Positions 13,501-25,257 of a stretch of DNA of 64,000 nt are shown piece by piece. Every line of letters starts with the position of its first letter. The stretch's first letter is position 1. Made by a program: the position numbers and the translations under genes. The notes beneath the pieces were generated by a model that was given only the letters and a program-made list of their open reading frames with translations, searched no databases and was not told the DNA's origin. The stretch is from Macrostomum lignano (lineage: Eukaryota): contig NIVC01003393.1 of the NCBI GenBank assembly GCA_002269645.1, positions 35,997-99,996 on the forward strand, read 5' to 3'.

Positions 13501-14544
13501 CTGCAAGGCTGCTGCAAGCTTGCCTGGGCTGCCTTTTGTTCTGTGAGGGCAGTCCTGCAGTCCGAGGCCCTACCGGACCGCCAGAGGGCGGCGCTGTTCC
13601 AGGCAGTAATCGAGACAGTCCTTCTCCAGAATGCCGAGACCTGGACACTGACGGACTCACTCGAACAGCAAGTCGATGCAGCGCACGTCGCCTTCAACAT
13701 TGGCATTGAGCGAGTCACCAATGCAGCACTCTATCGCCGCACTGGCCTGCCACGTCTAAGTGATCTACTGCGCCATCAGCAACTCCAGCTTGCAGGCCAT
13801 CTTATCCGCGCCAAATTGTACTGCCCAAAGCCAGTGCAGGAGGTGCTGCTGCTCACACTGCAAGCACCCTACTGGCAAGGTCAAGCGCGAACTCGGCATT
13901 ATGACGACTGTCTGCTGGCTGATGCTGACACCCCGGACATTGCTGGTGGCGCGGCCTTTGTTCATGCCCAAGCCATGAAGCACGCCCTGTGATGCTGACT
14001 TTTGCCATCCTGACAGTGTATTTTGTTGTTGTTGTTGTTGTCTGAAATCTGAAGTAATACTTCAACAAAAAATAGCTAATAGTTAAGATAAGCTTAGGAG
14101 ATAATAGATTCATATATTTATTTATAAGGTAATGACACATTAAAGTCTTTAATAACTTTTTGCTCATTAAATTAAAAATAGGCCTATATATTGCTTTAAA
14201 CAATAGGCCTACCATTATATAGGCCTAGTATTAGGCAAGTCTGCCTTGACAAATTAGTCTATAGCATATAATAAGGCCTAGGCCTATTGCAAATTAAATT
14301 TTGCAACTGCAATTAACATCTGGGTCTAGCATAAAACATGCAATTATTAATCTTGGACTTGGTATTTGGTATTTTTAGACTCAGATTAACATTAGTAGCA
14401 TATTTAACTCTAATATCAATTATAAAAATGCTAATATAAGCTTAGGTATATATTATAATGCAATAATAGTCATAGAGTAATATATTAATAGGTAACTTAC
14501 CCTCCAGCAATAAGATGAGCAGCACTTCCATCCAGAACTACCAT
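8638..14544 (-). CDS. SLC25A36: Mitochondrial pyrimidine nucleotide carrier (SLC25A33/SLC25A36, Rim2-like), 358 aa
   Basis: Exons 14544-14501, 11853-11332, 9922-9621 and 8846-8638 have canonical splice sites and consistent phases (1077 nt). All three carrier motifs are present: [40 protein letters not shown] and [19 protein letters not shown]. The PIWFVKTR and PHEV motifs are typical of the SLC25A33/36 subfamily. Confidence 0.92.
9970..10576. repeat. (TATC)n/(GATA)n microsatellite, ~600 bp, in SLC25 intron 2
   Basis: Long tetranucleotide array; it explains the SIYL ORFs. Confidence 0.97.
12997..14042 (+). mobile_element. 5'-truncated degenerate non-LTR retrotransposon (RTE-like RT fragment) in SLC25 intron 1
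   Basis: Frameshifted RT motifs [31 protein letters not shown] (degenerate YADD) and FVYLGS, plus AETWTLT. A (TTG)n tail lies at ~14023-14041. Candidate TSD: TGAAATCTAAA (12986-12996) and TGAAATCTGAA (14043-14053). Confidence 0.85.
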
Positions 14545-16456
14545 GTTTCATAGCTTTGTTCTCAAAATAAAAACTTTTTTTCATAGATTATGTTTACCTA
14601 ATGTAAAATTGAAAGCAAAGCAATTTAAAATTCTTATTAATAAACTAGACTGAAGTTTGGGTCTAGCTACAGCTGTGATTGTATTAGTTAAAAAAAAACA
14701 AGTTAAGTAGGCCTACTATGCCTAGGCCTAGATATAGGCCTATAAATAAAATAAAAGTTGTATTTGAACACTATACAAAACTAGGCCCTATAGTGTTTGA
14801 TATGAATTCAGATGCAGTAGATGGCTAACAATTTCTAAATGTAGCTATGGGACACCTAAAAACGTTGGCCTATTCTTAGGCTTTTAAAGGTAGAGCCGCG
14901 GAATCAAAGATCTTTCTTTTCGACTAAATATCTTGGGGTAACGTCACAAACCATAAATCACGCAGTTGGCAGCTGATATCGGTCGCGATTGGACATTGCT
15001 CCAGGCGTGCTGACCTTGAGAAATTTAAATATAGAACTGATGTTGTATCGTGCAAACAAAGTTTGTTTGTAAACAAAAATTATTTTCTTTCTGCTCTACT
15101 TATCAGTTTAGTAATAAATTAACAGAGAGTTTTTCGTTTAACTTTTATGTAAAAAAATTGTTTAGTTTTACACACACCGGCATAAAAAAGCAATAAATTT
15201 ATTTTATAGTCACCAGGCTACAGGGGTTGGCGTCCTTGGAAAATTCAAGGGTCAATGGGGCTGGCTTCCCCCTCCCCACCCCCGAGAAAATTACCCCCAG
15301 ATCATTACTTCCCCAGGATTTCAGGAAACAAAAAAATGAGCTATTTAAATTCAGCACATGCAATTCAAATCCATGCAAGTTCTTCAAATCTGTTTGTATC
15401 GAACTTTTGTAGTCCAGAAAGTTATTTTGTTAAAATCTTTATATTCATGCAAACTTAAAAGCACTTGCATATCCAGGGTCATCGGCCGGTTTGGCTGACC
15501 CGGGAAAAACCGCCCCCTTGTCCCTGATTGTAGCTTTATACATGTATAGCTCTATAGAAGCAACTGTTTAACATAGACGACTCGAGTAGTCGTCTACAAG
15601 TCGTCGTTGCTTTTTCAAATAGCAAAAATACTAAAGCGGATTGACTAGAGGTTGCGTTAGTTTCATATTGTCTCTACAATTAAATCACTGTAATAACACT
15701 GCAGCCTTGTAACAATCGTTTTGCGGCATCGAAAAAACTACATAGACAGTTACCACCCAATATCGATTCATCGATTCATCTGTTCTTTGTAATATTATAC
15801 GTATACATGTCCACAACGACCACTGTATATATACACTATATACGGTGGTCCTTGCATGTCCATATGGATATACATATATATGACCCCCGCTAGAGCCCAA
15901 TGTGAATACATGTAAATGAAAATGGCACTAAATGAGCTGGAAAATTTTTGAAGGTAGTGATTTGCATAAAGTAGTGAATTACTGTTGTACATGCACATTT
16001 AAGCAAATATAATTCTAGTGTAATATCTAAGTAGCACCCAGATTTTCACTATAAATCCGCAGCATTTTATTTAAATTGGCACTTCGAGACTATATTTAGA
16101 TGTACATATGTAGCTGATTTAATCTATCGCACATGTATATAATTTGCATGCTTTGCATGATTTTCATTACAGAAGCTTCCGTTTGTCCAGTGTAGTAGAT
16201 TTTACACACACGATAAGGCTCTAATCACAGTTTAGGATCACTTTATGACGGTAAAATTGTACGTGAGTGTGGATACCAAATAATCGTACATGTAGCTGCG
16301 AAAGCTGCAGTTTTTCTTTGCTCCAGCCTGAAAAAAGTAGATGGCTTTGTAGTAAAGGCAGGCAAGTTTTAGCTTTCACGACTAAAAGCCTTAATTACTA
16401 AAATAAAATTCACTTATTACATACTTTTACTTGTAAAAGAGAAAGGTACACGCAAT

Positions 16457-19419
16457 ATGACATCCACACGGGATCAGGCTGCTCAGGTGCGACTGGCGAA
16501 TCATCACCTTCAGGACGACAGACACGATGTGCTGTACCACATCGGGCTGGACAGCAGAAAGCACGACTTCAAGGCCATGTTCGGTGATACAAAGGTAGGC
16601 AGCAGTCATCCAGTCATCTTTAAGTTCAGATTCTTCAAAACTCGCACTCATTTCCCATCTACCACTCATTTCCCATCTCCTAACGCAACTCCGCAGCTGG
16701 TCTGCATGGGCGGCAGCTCGAACAGGATGAAGCGGCTGGCCGAGGACCTGGTTGCTGAGCTGGGCATCCGCCTGCCTACAGGCCAGGGCCTGGTGAACGT
16801 CATCCCGAACACTGACCGATACGTGATGTACAAGGCTGGCCCGATCGTCTGCGTGAATGTAAGTCCCTGACGATGCTGAGCTGCTTGAGCTGTTTGAGTT
16901 GATCTGCTTGCCGCAGAGCCTCCCCGCCCGCGCCCGCAGCACGGCATGGGCATCCCGTCCATCTCGATTCTGCTGCACGAGCTGGCGAAGCTCATGAGCC
17001 TGGCCGGCGCAACCGGAGTCACCTTCATCCGCCTGGGCACCTGCGGCGGCCTAGGAATCGAACCTGGTACCATCTGCATCTCTACTCGTGCCTTGAGCTG
17101 TCAGCTACAGCCATACTTTGAGCAGGTAGTGACTTTACTACTTTCAACAAAAAAATTTCTACACTTTTCTTCTTTGCCAGTCTCCTGTAGCATTTCCGGG
17201 AAAAATGCTTCAATGAAAAAGTACAAAATTGCTTCGCAAGCTCTAAAGATTGCAAGGTGATCAGGCACTGTCAATTTAGTCTCTATACTGTTATTAGCCA
17301 TGCAGTAAAGATTTGCTGAAGTTTCGCATAAAATGAGCACATTGGATATTATATTAGAGTATCGTGTCATCATTGAAAAGCAGACGTACCAATCAGTGTT
17401 TTTGCTGTCAAACTTCGATTGCTTTCTTGGAGAAATCTTCCATGGTCCCATAAGTGTCTACCGTGGTTTGCAAGCCGTACACCCTTGGCCTGGATGTTTT
17501 TTTACCTTATTTTATATACTCGTACCAGCCATGATGTTTATCATACCGCGTCAGCCAGGCGTACTTGTTGCAATTTAAAGCTTAAAAAACCAGGGCTGAC
17601 TCCGCCGCTCCCTGTAGTTCATCCTCGGCCAGCCGGTACAGCGGGAGGCCGTGTTCGACCCGGACTTGGCTCGGGAGCTGCTGCAACTAGCCAGCGGCCT
17701 CAACATCGAGGCCGTCTCTGCTGTCACTCTGTGCACCAGCGACTTCTACGAAGGTAACGAATGAATGGCTGATTGTTTACCTCAGGGACCATTTGCTCAG
17801 ATTATTTGGTAGTGTGCTCACTCAGTGGCCATTTAGAGTAAGATATCAAAGTAGCGGGTGGTAAACTATTGACTGCGTCATGGAGAGGGGAGCGGCTAAG
17901 GGGAATCTAAGCCAGGTGTCGGCAGAAATGCCGCTCGCGAGGCCTCTCTCTCCGGCCCTCGGGTCCTTTGAATCTATAAAATAGCAATCTGGCCTGCTCA
18001 AGGTTTATTTCTTTTCTCAGCTCTCTTCTCTCCCCCTCTTCCCTCCCGTCTCTTCTCTCTCCCCTTCTCTCCTTCTTCTCTCTCCTCTCTTCCCTCTTCC
18101 TCTCCCCTATTCTCTCCTATTTTCTTGTCCCGAGTCTCGCCTGTCTCTTCTCTCATCTCTCATCTTCTATTCTCTCTCCTTTCCACTCTCATCTGGCCTG
18201 CAGTCATTAGCTGGATTCTTTATCTGGCTTTGATGTAAAAGAGTTGCCGACTCCAGAGCTAAGTGCGGGGAAGACTACAGCCCACTTAGCCCCCACCCCT
18301 ACATCTGTCATGTGCCCGCCAGACCCAAGGCCTCAATGTGAGCCTCGTTGCCGCTCCCGCACCTGCAGAGCAGGGTCGCACAGACGGCGCCATCTGCGAG
18401 TTCAGCATGGAGCAGCGGAACGAATTTCTGCAGCGAGCATTCGAAGCCGGGGTTCGCAACATCGAGATGGAGTCGCTGGCGCTGGCGGCCATCACGCACC
18501 GGCTGGGCATCCGTGGTGAGAGGGCAGATTGTCACGGACTACTAAATTAATGGTCTATGTAGGCGAATTTTATTAATGTAGGCGAAATCCATCAGTGACA
18601 AGTCCGACTTCAATTAAATCTATAGCAACTAGCTATTAATATTAATGCACTCATATTTGAGCATATGGCATTTCTTAAGAGGTCGGAAAGTTTTGATAGT
18701 TGAATTTTTTTAACTTTCTCATCTGAAATTCAAATGAATTTTCAGAAATTTTAATTGCAGTTATCTTACAGGGTTTCGAAATTAGCAAAATATTCTCGAT
18801 TTTTCGACAATGGGAACTGTCGTACAGATCGAATGCAGTCTACAAAGAGCATTCATGGAACCCATGGTAGGAGTTGCATCACAAGCTCGAAAAAATCACA
18901 TCGTCGAAAACTTTTTTTCCAGGCATTTTTATAATGATATAAAAAAGTAAACTTCCACTACTATGGTTTGTTAGGGTTAGGGTTAGGGTTAGGGTTAGGG
19001 TTAGGGTTAGGGTTCGGCTGCTAAATGAGTTTTCGGCGATGTGACTTTTCGAGTTTGTGAATTTTCGAGCATGTGATGGCGACCCTCAAGGAATACACAA
19101 GGAGACAGAGTATACATGGAGATGGTAATGGAATATATATAGAGAATATTACATAAAATATACATACGAGCTAGAATATACAGAGAATACACAGGAAGTT
19201 TGTAGGGAGTTTCACGGGTCGCCAATAGTATCATATTTTTTTAAATTAACCTTAAAATCCCTACAAAAAACGCCCGCAGCCGCCTGCATGGCAGTCACCC
19301 TGCTGGACAGGTTCAAGCAGGACCAGGTGCAGCTGGATCACAGCCTGATTGCTCAGTTCGAAGGGCGAATGCTGCGGATTCTGGCCGCCTTCATCAGGAG
19401 TAGAAACATTTGTGGCTGA
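16457..19419 (+). CDS. UPP1: Uridine phosphorylase (UPP1/UPP2 family), 302 aa
   Basis: Exons 16457-16594, 16697-16858, 16940-17125, 17618-17753, 18369-18515 and 19280-19419 (909 nt) are all GT-AG and in phase. Motifs: DVLYHIGL, VCMGGSSNRM, HGMGIPSISILLHELAKL, FIRLGTCGGLG, DFYEEQGRTDGA and NIEMESLALAA. Confidence 0.93.
17913..18256 (+). mobile_element. hAT-like MITE with a pyrimidine-rich core, in UPP intron 4
   Basis: Imperfect TIRs CAGGTGTCGGCAG / TTGCCGACTCCAG (10/13) resemble hAT ends. The flanking 8-mers ATCTAAGC / AGCTAAGT (6/8, TA-centred) are a candidate TSD. Confidence 0.55.
18879..19078. repeat. Interstitial (TTAGGG)7 at 18971-19012 bracketed by a ~33-bp inverted repeat, in UPP intron 5
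   Basis: TCACAAGCTCGAAAAAATCACATCGTCGAAAACT (18879-18912) pairs imperfectly with AGTTTTCGGCGATGTGACTTTTCGAGTTTGTGA (19028-19060). Confidence 0.8.
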
Positions 19420-19977
19420 GCTAATCTGCTAATTGCTTTTAACTGGGTTTGTTACACCCGAACATTGTCGTTTGCCGCTTTCAACTAATGTCCATCAGGG
19501 CTATGCAGACAGCTCTAATTATTCTAGTGACAATCTTCTATTGACTACTTTTTGCAAATTATTAACTGACTACTTAGTAGTTTTTTAGTAGTGTAGGTAG
19601 CATGTGATCAAAAGAATTAGGACTAGCTAACTCAAATTGTATAGTAGTACTACTGCGATACAATTTCTAAGTTAAAATTATATTCTTGCTTTTCGTGTAT
19701 TTTAAAGCAGCTCTGGTGTCACGTGACTATCCCGTGACTTACAATTATAAACTCGATTAAATATACCTGGAGGAGCCATCATCAATCGCTTCATTCTGAG
19801 AATTGCTTTAACCAGTTCCTAAGCGATAGCGGCGAATGCCAATCAAAAATAACAGGAAATGTGCCATTCTACAAAAATAGTTGTTAGCAAAGTTCGGGAT
19901 TTCTGTAAAACAGGAAAAAATCAGATAGCAGTAATCTATGAACTGAAATTTTAGCAGATATGTGAGCGAATATTTGT

Positions 19978-20301
19978 ATGGTGGCGGGCTGGGAGATGGG
20001 GTGGCGGTCTGGGAGATGGGGTGGTGGTCTGGGAGATGGGGTGGCGGTCTGGGAGATGGGGTGGCGGGCTGGGAGATGGGGTGGCGGGCTGGGAGATGGG
20101 GTGGCTGGCGGGCTGGGAGATGGGGTGGCGGTCTGGGAGATAGGGTGGCTGGCGGGCTGGGAGATGGGGTGGCGGTCTTGGAGATGGGGTGGCGGGCTGG
20201 GAGATGGGGTGGCGGGCTGGGAGATGGGGTGGCGGGCTGGGAGATGGGGTGGCGGTCTGGGAGATGGGATGGCGGTCTGGGAGATGGGGTGGCGGGCTGG
20301 G
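19978..20301. repeat. 20-nt G-rich minisatellite (GGGCTGGGAGATGGGGTGGC), ~16 copies
   Basis: Tandem array between the convergent 3' ends of UPP and the synaptotagmin gene. Confidence 0.95.
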
Positions 20302-20549
20302 AGAGTCGGCGTGTACCCAGCCAGACACAAAGTATAAAGCTGCACTAAAAAAATTTGGAATTCAAATGTACTCATTAGCTACCAAACAATCAGAAAGATT
20401 AGAATTAATTTGGCCACATGTATGGGCCGACAATAAGCGAGAAAATGCTTCGAAATATTATACACTGAGAATTAAAAAAGCATTCTATAGCATTGACTAT
20501 TCATACATCGTTTCTCTCAGAGCCTGTAAGAAACTACGAGTAAACAATG

Positions 20550-23500
20550 TCAGCTCAACCGGTGCCAGTAAGCCAGCGCCGCTCTCGGCCGGTGCACCAT
20601 CTGGTCCCAGTGGGCCCGGCCGCTGCCATAGCAGTTAGAGGAGAAGACCACATAGCCCAGGCAGGCGTCCAAATCCGGCTGAACTCGGCGCTGATTGAGC
20701 CGGCAGCTCATGACGGACACGATGAGGCTGACTCGGTCCAGCCGGCGTTCGGGCAGATCAATGCCGACCGACTCGTTGTACACCGGGCGCTGCGACGGCT
20801 CGAAGATGCGGCTGCGCTTTTTAAATGCGGCCGAGCCGCCTGCTAGCAGCGCAAGGCGAAGGTAGGTGGCTGCGGGTGGTGCAGGGAGTGATGTAGGGAG
20901 TGATGCATAGAGTGATGCAGGGAGTGATGTAGGGAGTGATGCAAGGAGTCATGTAGAGAGTGATGCAGGGAATGGTGTAGGGAGTGATGTAGAGAATGAT
21001 GCAGGGAGTGATGTAGAGAATGATGCAGGGAGTGATGTAGAGAATGATGCAGGGAGTGATGTAGAGAATGATGCAGGGAGTGATGCAGGGAGTGATGTAG
21101 GGAGTGATGCAAGGAGTCATGTAGAGAGTGATGCAGGGAATGGTGTAGGGAGTGATGTAGAGAATGATGCAGGGAGTGATGTAGAGAATGATGCAGGGAG
21201 TGATGCAGGGAGTGATGTAGAGAATGATGCAGGGAGTGATGCAGGAAGTGATGCAGGGAGTGATGCAAGGAGTCATGTAGAGAGTGATGCAGGGAATGGT
21301 GTAGGGAGTGATGTAGAGAATGATGCAGGGAGTGATGTAGAGAATGATGCAGGGAGTGATGTAGAGAATGATGCAGGGAGTGATGCAGGGAGTGATGTAG
21401 GGAGTGATGCAAGGAGTCATGTAGAGAGTGATGCAGGGAATGGTGTAGGGAGTGATGTAGAGAATGATGCAGGGAGTGATGTAGAGAATGATGCAGGGAG
21501 TGATGCAGGGAGTGATGTAGAGAATGATGCAGGGAGTGATGCAGGAAGTGATGCAGGGAGTGATGCAAGGAGTCATGTAGAGAGTGATGCAGGGAATGGT
21601 GTAGGGAGTGATGTAGAGAATGATGCAGGGAGTGATGTAGAGAATGATGCAGGGAGTGATGCAGGGAGTGATGTAGAGAATGATGCAGGGAGTGATGCAG
21701 GAAGTGATGCAGGGAGTGATGCAAGGAGTCATGTAGAGAGTGATGCAGGGAATGGTGTAGGGAGTGATGTAGAGAATGATGCAGGGAGTGATGTAGAGAA
21801 TGATGCAGGGAGTGATGCAGGAAGTGATGCAGGGAGTGATGCAAGGAGTCATGTAGAGAGTGATGCAGGGAATGGTGTAGGGAGTGATGTAGAGAATGAT
21901 GCAGGGAGTGATGTAGAGAATGATGCAGGGAGTGATGTAGAGAATGATGCAGGGAGTGATGCAGGGAGTGATGTAGAGAATGATGCAGGGAGTGATGCAG
22001 GAAGTGATGCAGGGAGTGATGCAAGGAGTCATGTAGAGAGTGATGCAGGGAATGGTGTAGGGAGTGATGTAGAGAATGATGCAGGGAGTGATGCATAGAG
22101 TGATGCAGGGAGTGATGCATAGAGTGATGCAGGGAGTGATGCATAGAGTGATGCAGGGAGTGATGCAGGGGGTGATGCAGGGAGTGATGTAGGGATTGAT
22201 ACAGGGAGTGATGCAGGGATTGATGCAGGGAGTGATGCAGGGAGTGGTGTAGGGAGTGATGTAGAGAGTACTGCAGGGAGTGATGCATAGAGTGATGCAG
22301 GGAGTGATGTAGGGAGTGATGCAAGGAGACATGTAGAGAGTGATGCAGGGAATGGTGTAGGGAGTGATGTAGAGAATGATGCAGGGAGTGATGTAGAGAA
22401 TGATGCAGGGAGTGATGCAGGGAGTGATGTAGAGAATGATGCAGGGAGTGATGCAGGGAGTGATGTAGAGAATGATGCAGGGAGTGATGCAGGGAGTGAT
22501 GTAGAGAATGATGCAGGGAGTGATGCAGGGAGTGATGTAGAGAATGATGCAGGGAGTGATGCAGGAAGTGATGCAGGGAGTGATGCAGGGAGTGATGTAG
22601 AGAATGATGTAGGGAGTGATGCAGGAAGTGATGCAGGGAGTGATGCAAGGAGTCATGTAGAGAGTGATGCAGGGAATGGTGTAGGGAGTGATGTAGAGAA
22701 TGATGCAGGGAGTGATGCATAGAGTGATGCAGGGAGTGATGCATAGAGTGATGCATAGAGTGATGCAGGGAGTGATGCAGGGGGTGATGCAGGGAGTGAT
22801 GTAGGGATTGATACAGGGAGTGATGCAGGGATTGATGCAGGGAGTGATGCAGGGAGTGGTGTAGGGAGTGATGTAGAGAGTACTGCAGGGAGTGATGCAT
22901 AGAGTGATGTAGGGAGTGATACAGGGAGTGATGTAGGGAGTGATGCAGGGAGTGATGCAAGGAGTCATGTAGAGAGTGCTGCAGGGGGTGATGTAGGGAT
23001 TGATGCAGGGATTGATGCAGGGAGTGATGCAGGGAGTGATGCAGGGAGTGATGCAGGGAGTGATGCAGGGAGTGGTGTAGGGAGTGATGTAGAGAGTGAT
23101 GTAGAGAGTGATGCAGGGAGTGATGCAGGGATTGATGTGAAGAGAAAGTGGAGGTTAACTCACCGGGCACACTCCCGTCATCTGTTCGAATGTCGTTGGC
23201 TTTGAGCACCATGACGCTCAGTCTCTCCGCCGATGGCACATAGTGCAGGGCCACGAGGAGCTCGCAAGATCCCGTCTGAAATTTTTTCGCGTGCTCAGTT
23301 TACGCCAGAGTCTGCTCATTTCTTTCTCGAATTCGATTACCAAAATTTTTAGCTATTCCATCCCTACAACCTAAATCCTCGGCCTCGTTCCCCTCTCTCT
23401 TTTCCTCAATATTTACCTTACTCCCTTCCCCATTCCCCTCTCTATCATCGCAGGCCCACCTGCGGCAGCCGCAGTGGTAGCCTGTCGTACTGCACGGGCC

Positions 23501-25257
23501 GGCCAATGTCTGCCGGGAGCTGCAGCAGCGCCTCGCCGACGATTCTCTCCCTACTGAAACGGTCGAAGTCGAGGCAGCGCAGCAGCAGCATCAGCCGCTC
23601 GGGCTCCGCCAGCGGCAGCACCAGAGTTTCGTTGAACACTGGGCACGCGGTCTGGCCGACCACACCAGTGCGCACTGTCTCTAAGATGACGTAATCAGAT
23701 GCTGATGACGTCACCAGCTGGGCCTGGGCGAAGTTGCAGTGGCACAGGCCCAGCCTGGGCCCCGGCGTGCTCTCGGCGCTGTGCAGGTGCACGGCAAGAC
23801 AGTCGGACAGGCGGGTTAGAGAGAAAGTCAGCGTCACCTCGGGTGCCGGAGCGGCCAGAAGCAGGCGCCGCTGCTCCTGCGGCTCCGGCGGCGCCGGTGC
23901 CAGCTGCGACTTCGCCTGCTGCTGATGCCGATAGGCCAAGCCTGCGGGCTCGGCTGCGCGCTGCGAAATCTGCTTCAATGGCCGCGAGGTTTTTATGTGC
24001 CTTTTTTCACGGGTAACTACTGACTAGTAAATAGTAGAGTGCTACGAATGCAACCCGAATTTTTACTTCAGTTTCCACAGCAGCAAACTTTGACGCACCA
24101 AATCGAGCCGCCTGTCTAAGCCAGTCGATGGGTACACTTTTTCATCTTCTTTGGTGAAGCAGAAATAGCAGCAGCAACTGCAGCAACGAGGGCAGCCAGA
24201 TGAGGCTGGGTGGCCTTCGTGAATCTGGGACTTCTCTGAAGTGCAGGAAATTTATCAACGTGTAGAGCTGTCAATTTACATCTACTCGCTTGACTGACAT
24301 TATACACTTGTAAATCACTCCCCTTATTGCCCAACTGTTCTCTTACTCTTCTTCCCGTTCAAAGTATACGCTTTAATCCCCAGTCCCATATTAGTCCCAT
24401 ACCCCAGTATCGTACCCAGTTCCCACACCCAGTCCCACGTCTAGTCCCACACCTAGTCCCATATCTAGCCCCACACTTAGTCTCAAACCCAGTCTTACAT
24501 CCAGTCCCACACCCAGTCTCACACCCATGCAGTCCCACACCTAGTCACATACCCAGTCCCACACCTAGTCACATACCCAGTCCCACACCCAGTCTCACAC
24601 CCATGCAGTCCCACACCTAGTCACATACCCAGTCCCACACCTAGTCACATACCCAGTCCCACACCTAGTCACATATCCAGTCCCACACCTAGTCACATAC
24701 CCAGTCCCACACCTAGTCACATACCCAGTCCCACACCTAGTCACATACCCAGTCCCACACCTAGTCACATACCCAGTCCCACACCTAGTCACATATCCAG
24801 TCCCACACCTAGTCACATATCCAGTCCCACACCTAGTCCGACACCTAGTCCCCACACCTAGTCTCAAAACTAATCTCAAATCTAGTCCCACACCCAGTCC
24901 GACACATTCCTACACCCAGCCCCACACCCATTCCTACACCCAGCCCCACACTCAGCCCCACACCCAGCCCCACACCCAGCCCACACCCAGTCCCACACCC
25001 AGCCCCACACCCAGCCCCACACCCAGTCCCACACCCAGCCCCACAGCCAGCCCCACAGCCAGCCCCACAGCCAGCCCCACACCCAAATGCCACTCACGAG
25101 AGCCGCTCCCCTGCCGCCGCCGTCTCACAGCGGTCCGCAGCGGGCAGCGCGGGCACAGCAGGCACAGCAGCAGCAGCAGGCCGATGCCAAACAGCAGGCA
25201 GGCGCCGGCCGCGGCAGCAACGACGATAGCAGTCTGAGCAGTGGTGCCCGTCACCAT
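20550..25257 (-). CDS. Synaptotagmin-like protein (N-terminal TM, Cys-rich linker, C2A, C2B), probably Ca2+-independent, 412 aa
   Basis: Exons 25257-25098, 24235-24099, 23969-23460, 23275-23164 and 20869-20550 (1239 nt) have consistent phases. TM: [26 protein letters not shown]2A: [10 protein letters not shown]...[15 protein letters not shown]2B: [22 protein letters not shown]...PVYNES...[22 protein letters not shown]. Exon 2 is the least certain. Confidence 0.85.
20880..23137. repeat. 12-nt satellite (GCAGGGAGTGAT), ~188 units with higher-order structure, filling the last synaptotagmin intron
   Basis: Tandem array; it explains the HHSL and TPCI ORFs. Confidence 0.97.
24400..25085. repeat. 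Compound 24-nt (CCCAGTCCCACACCTAGTCACATA) and 12-nt (CCCAGCCCCACA) minisatellite in a synaptotagmin intron
   Basis: Visible tandem arrays grading from one unit into the other. Confidence 0.9.

Noticed and set aside
18971-19012. True telomere or chromosome-fusion site
   Set aside because: Only 7 units, inside an intron of an intact gene and within an inverted-repeat element.
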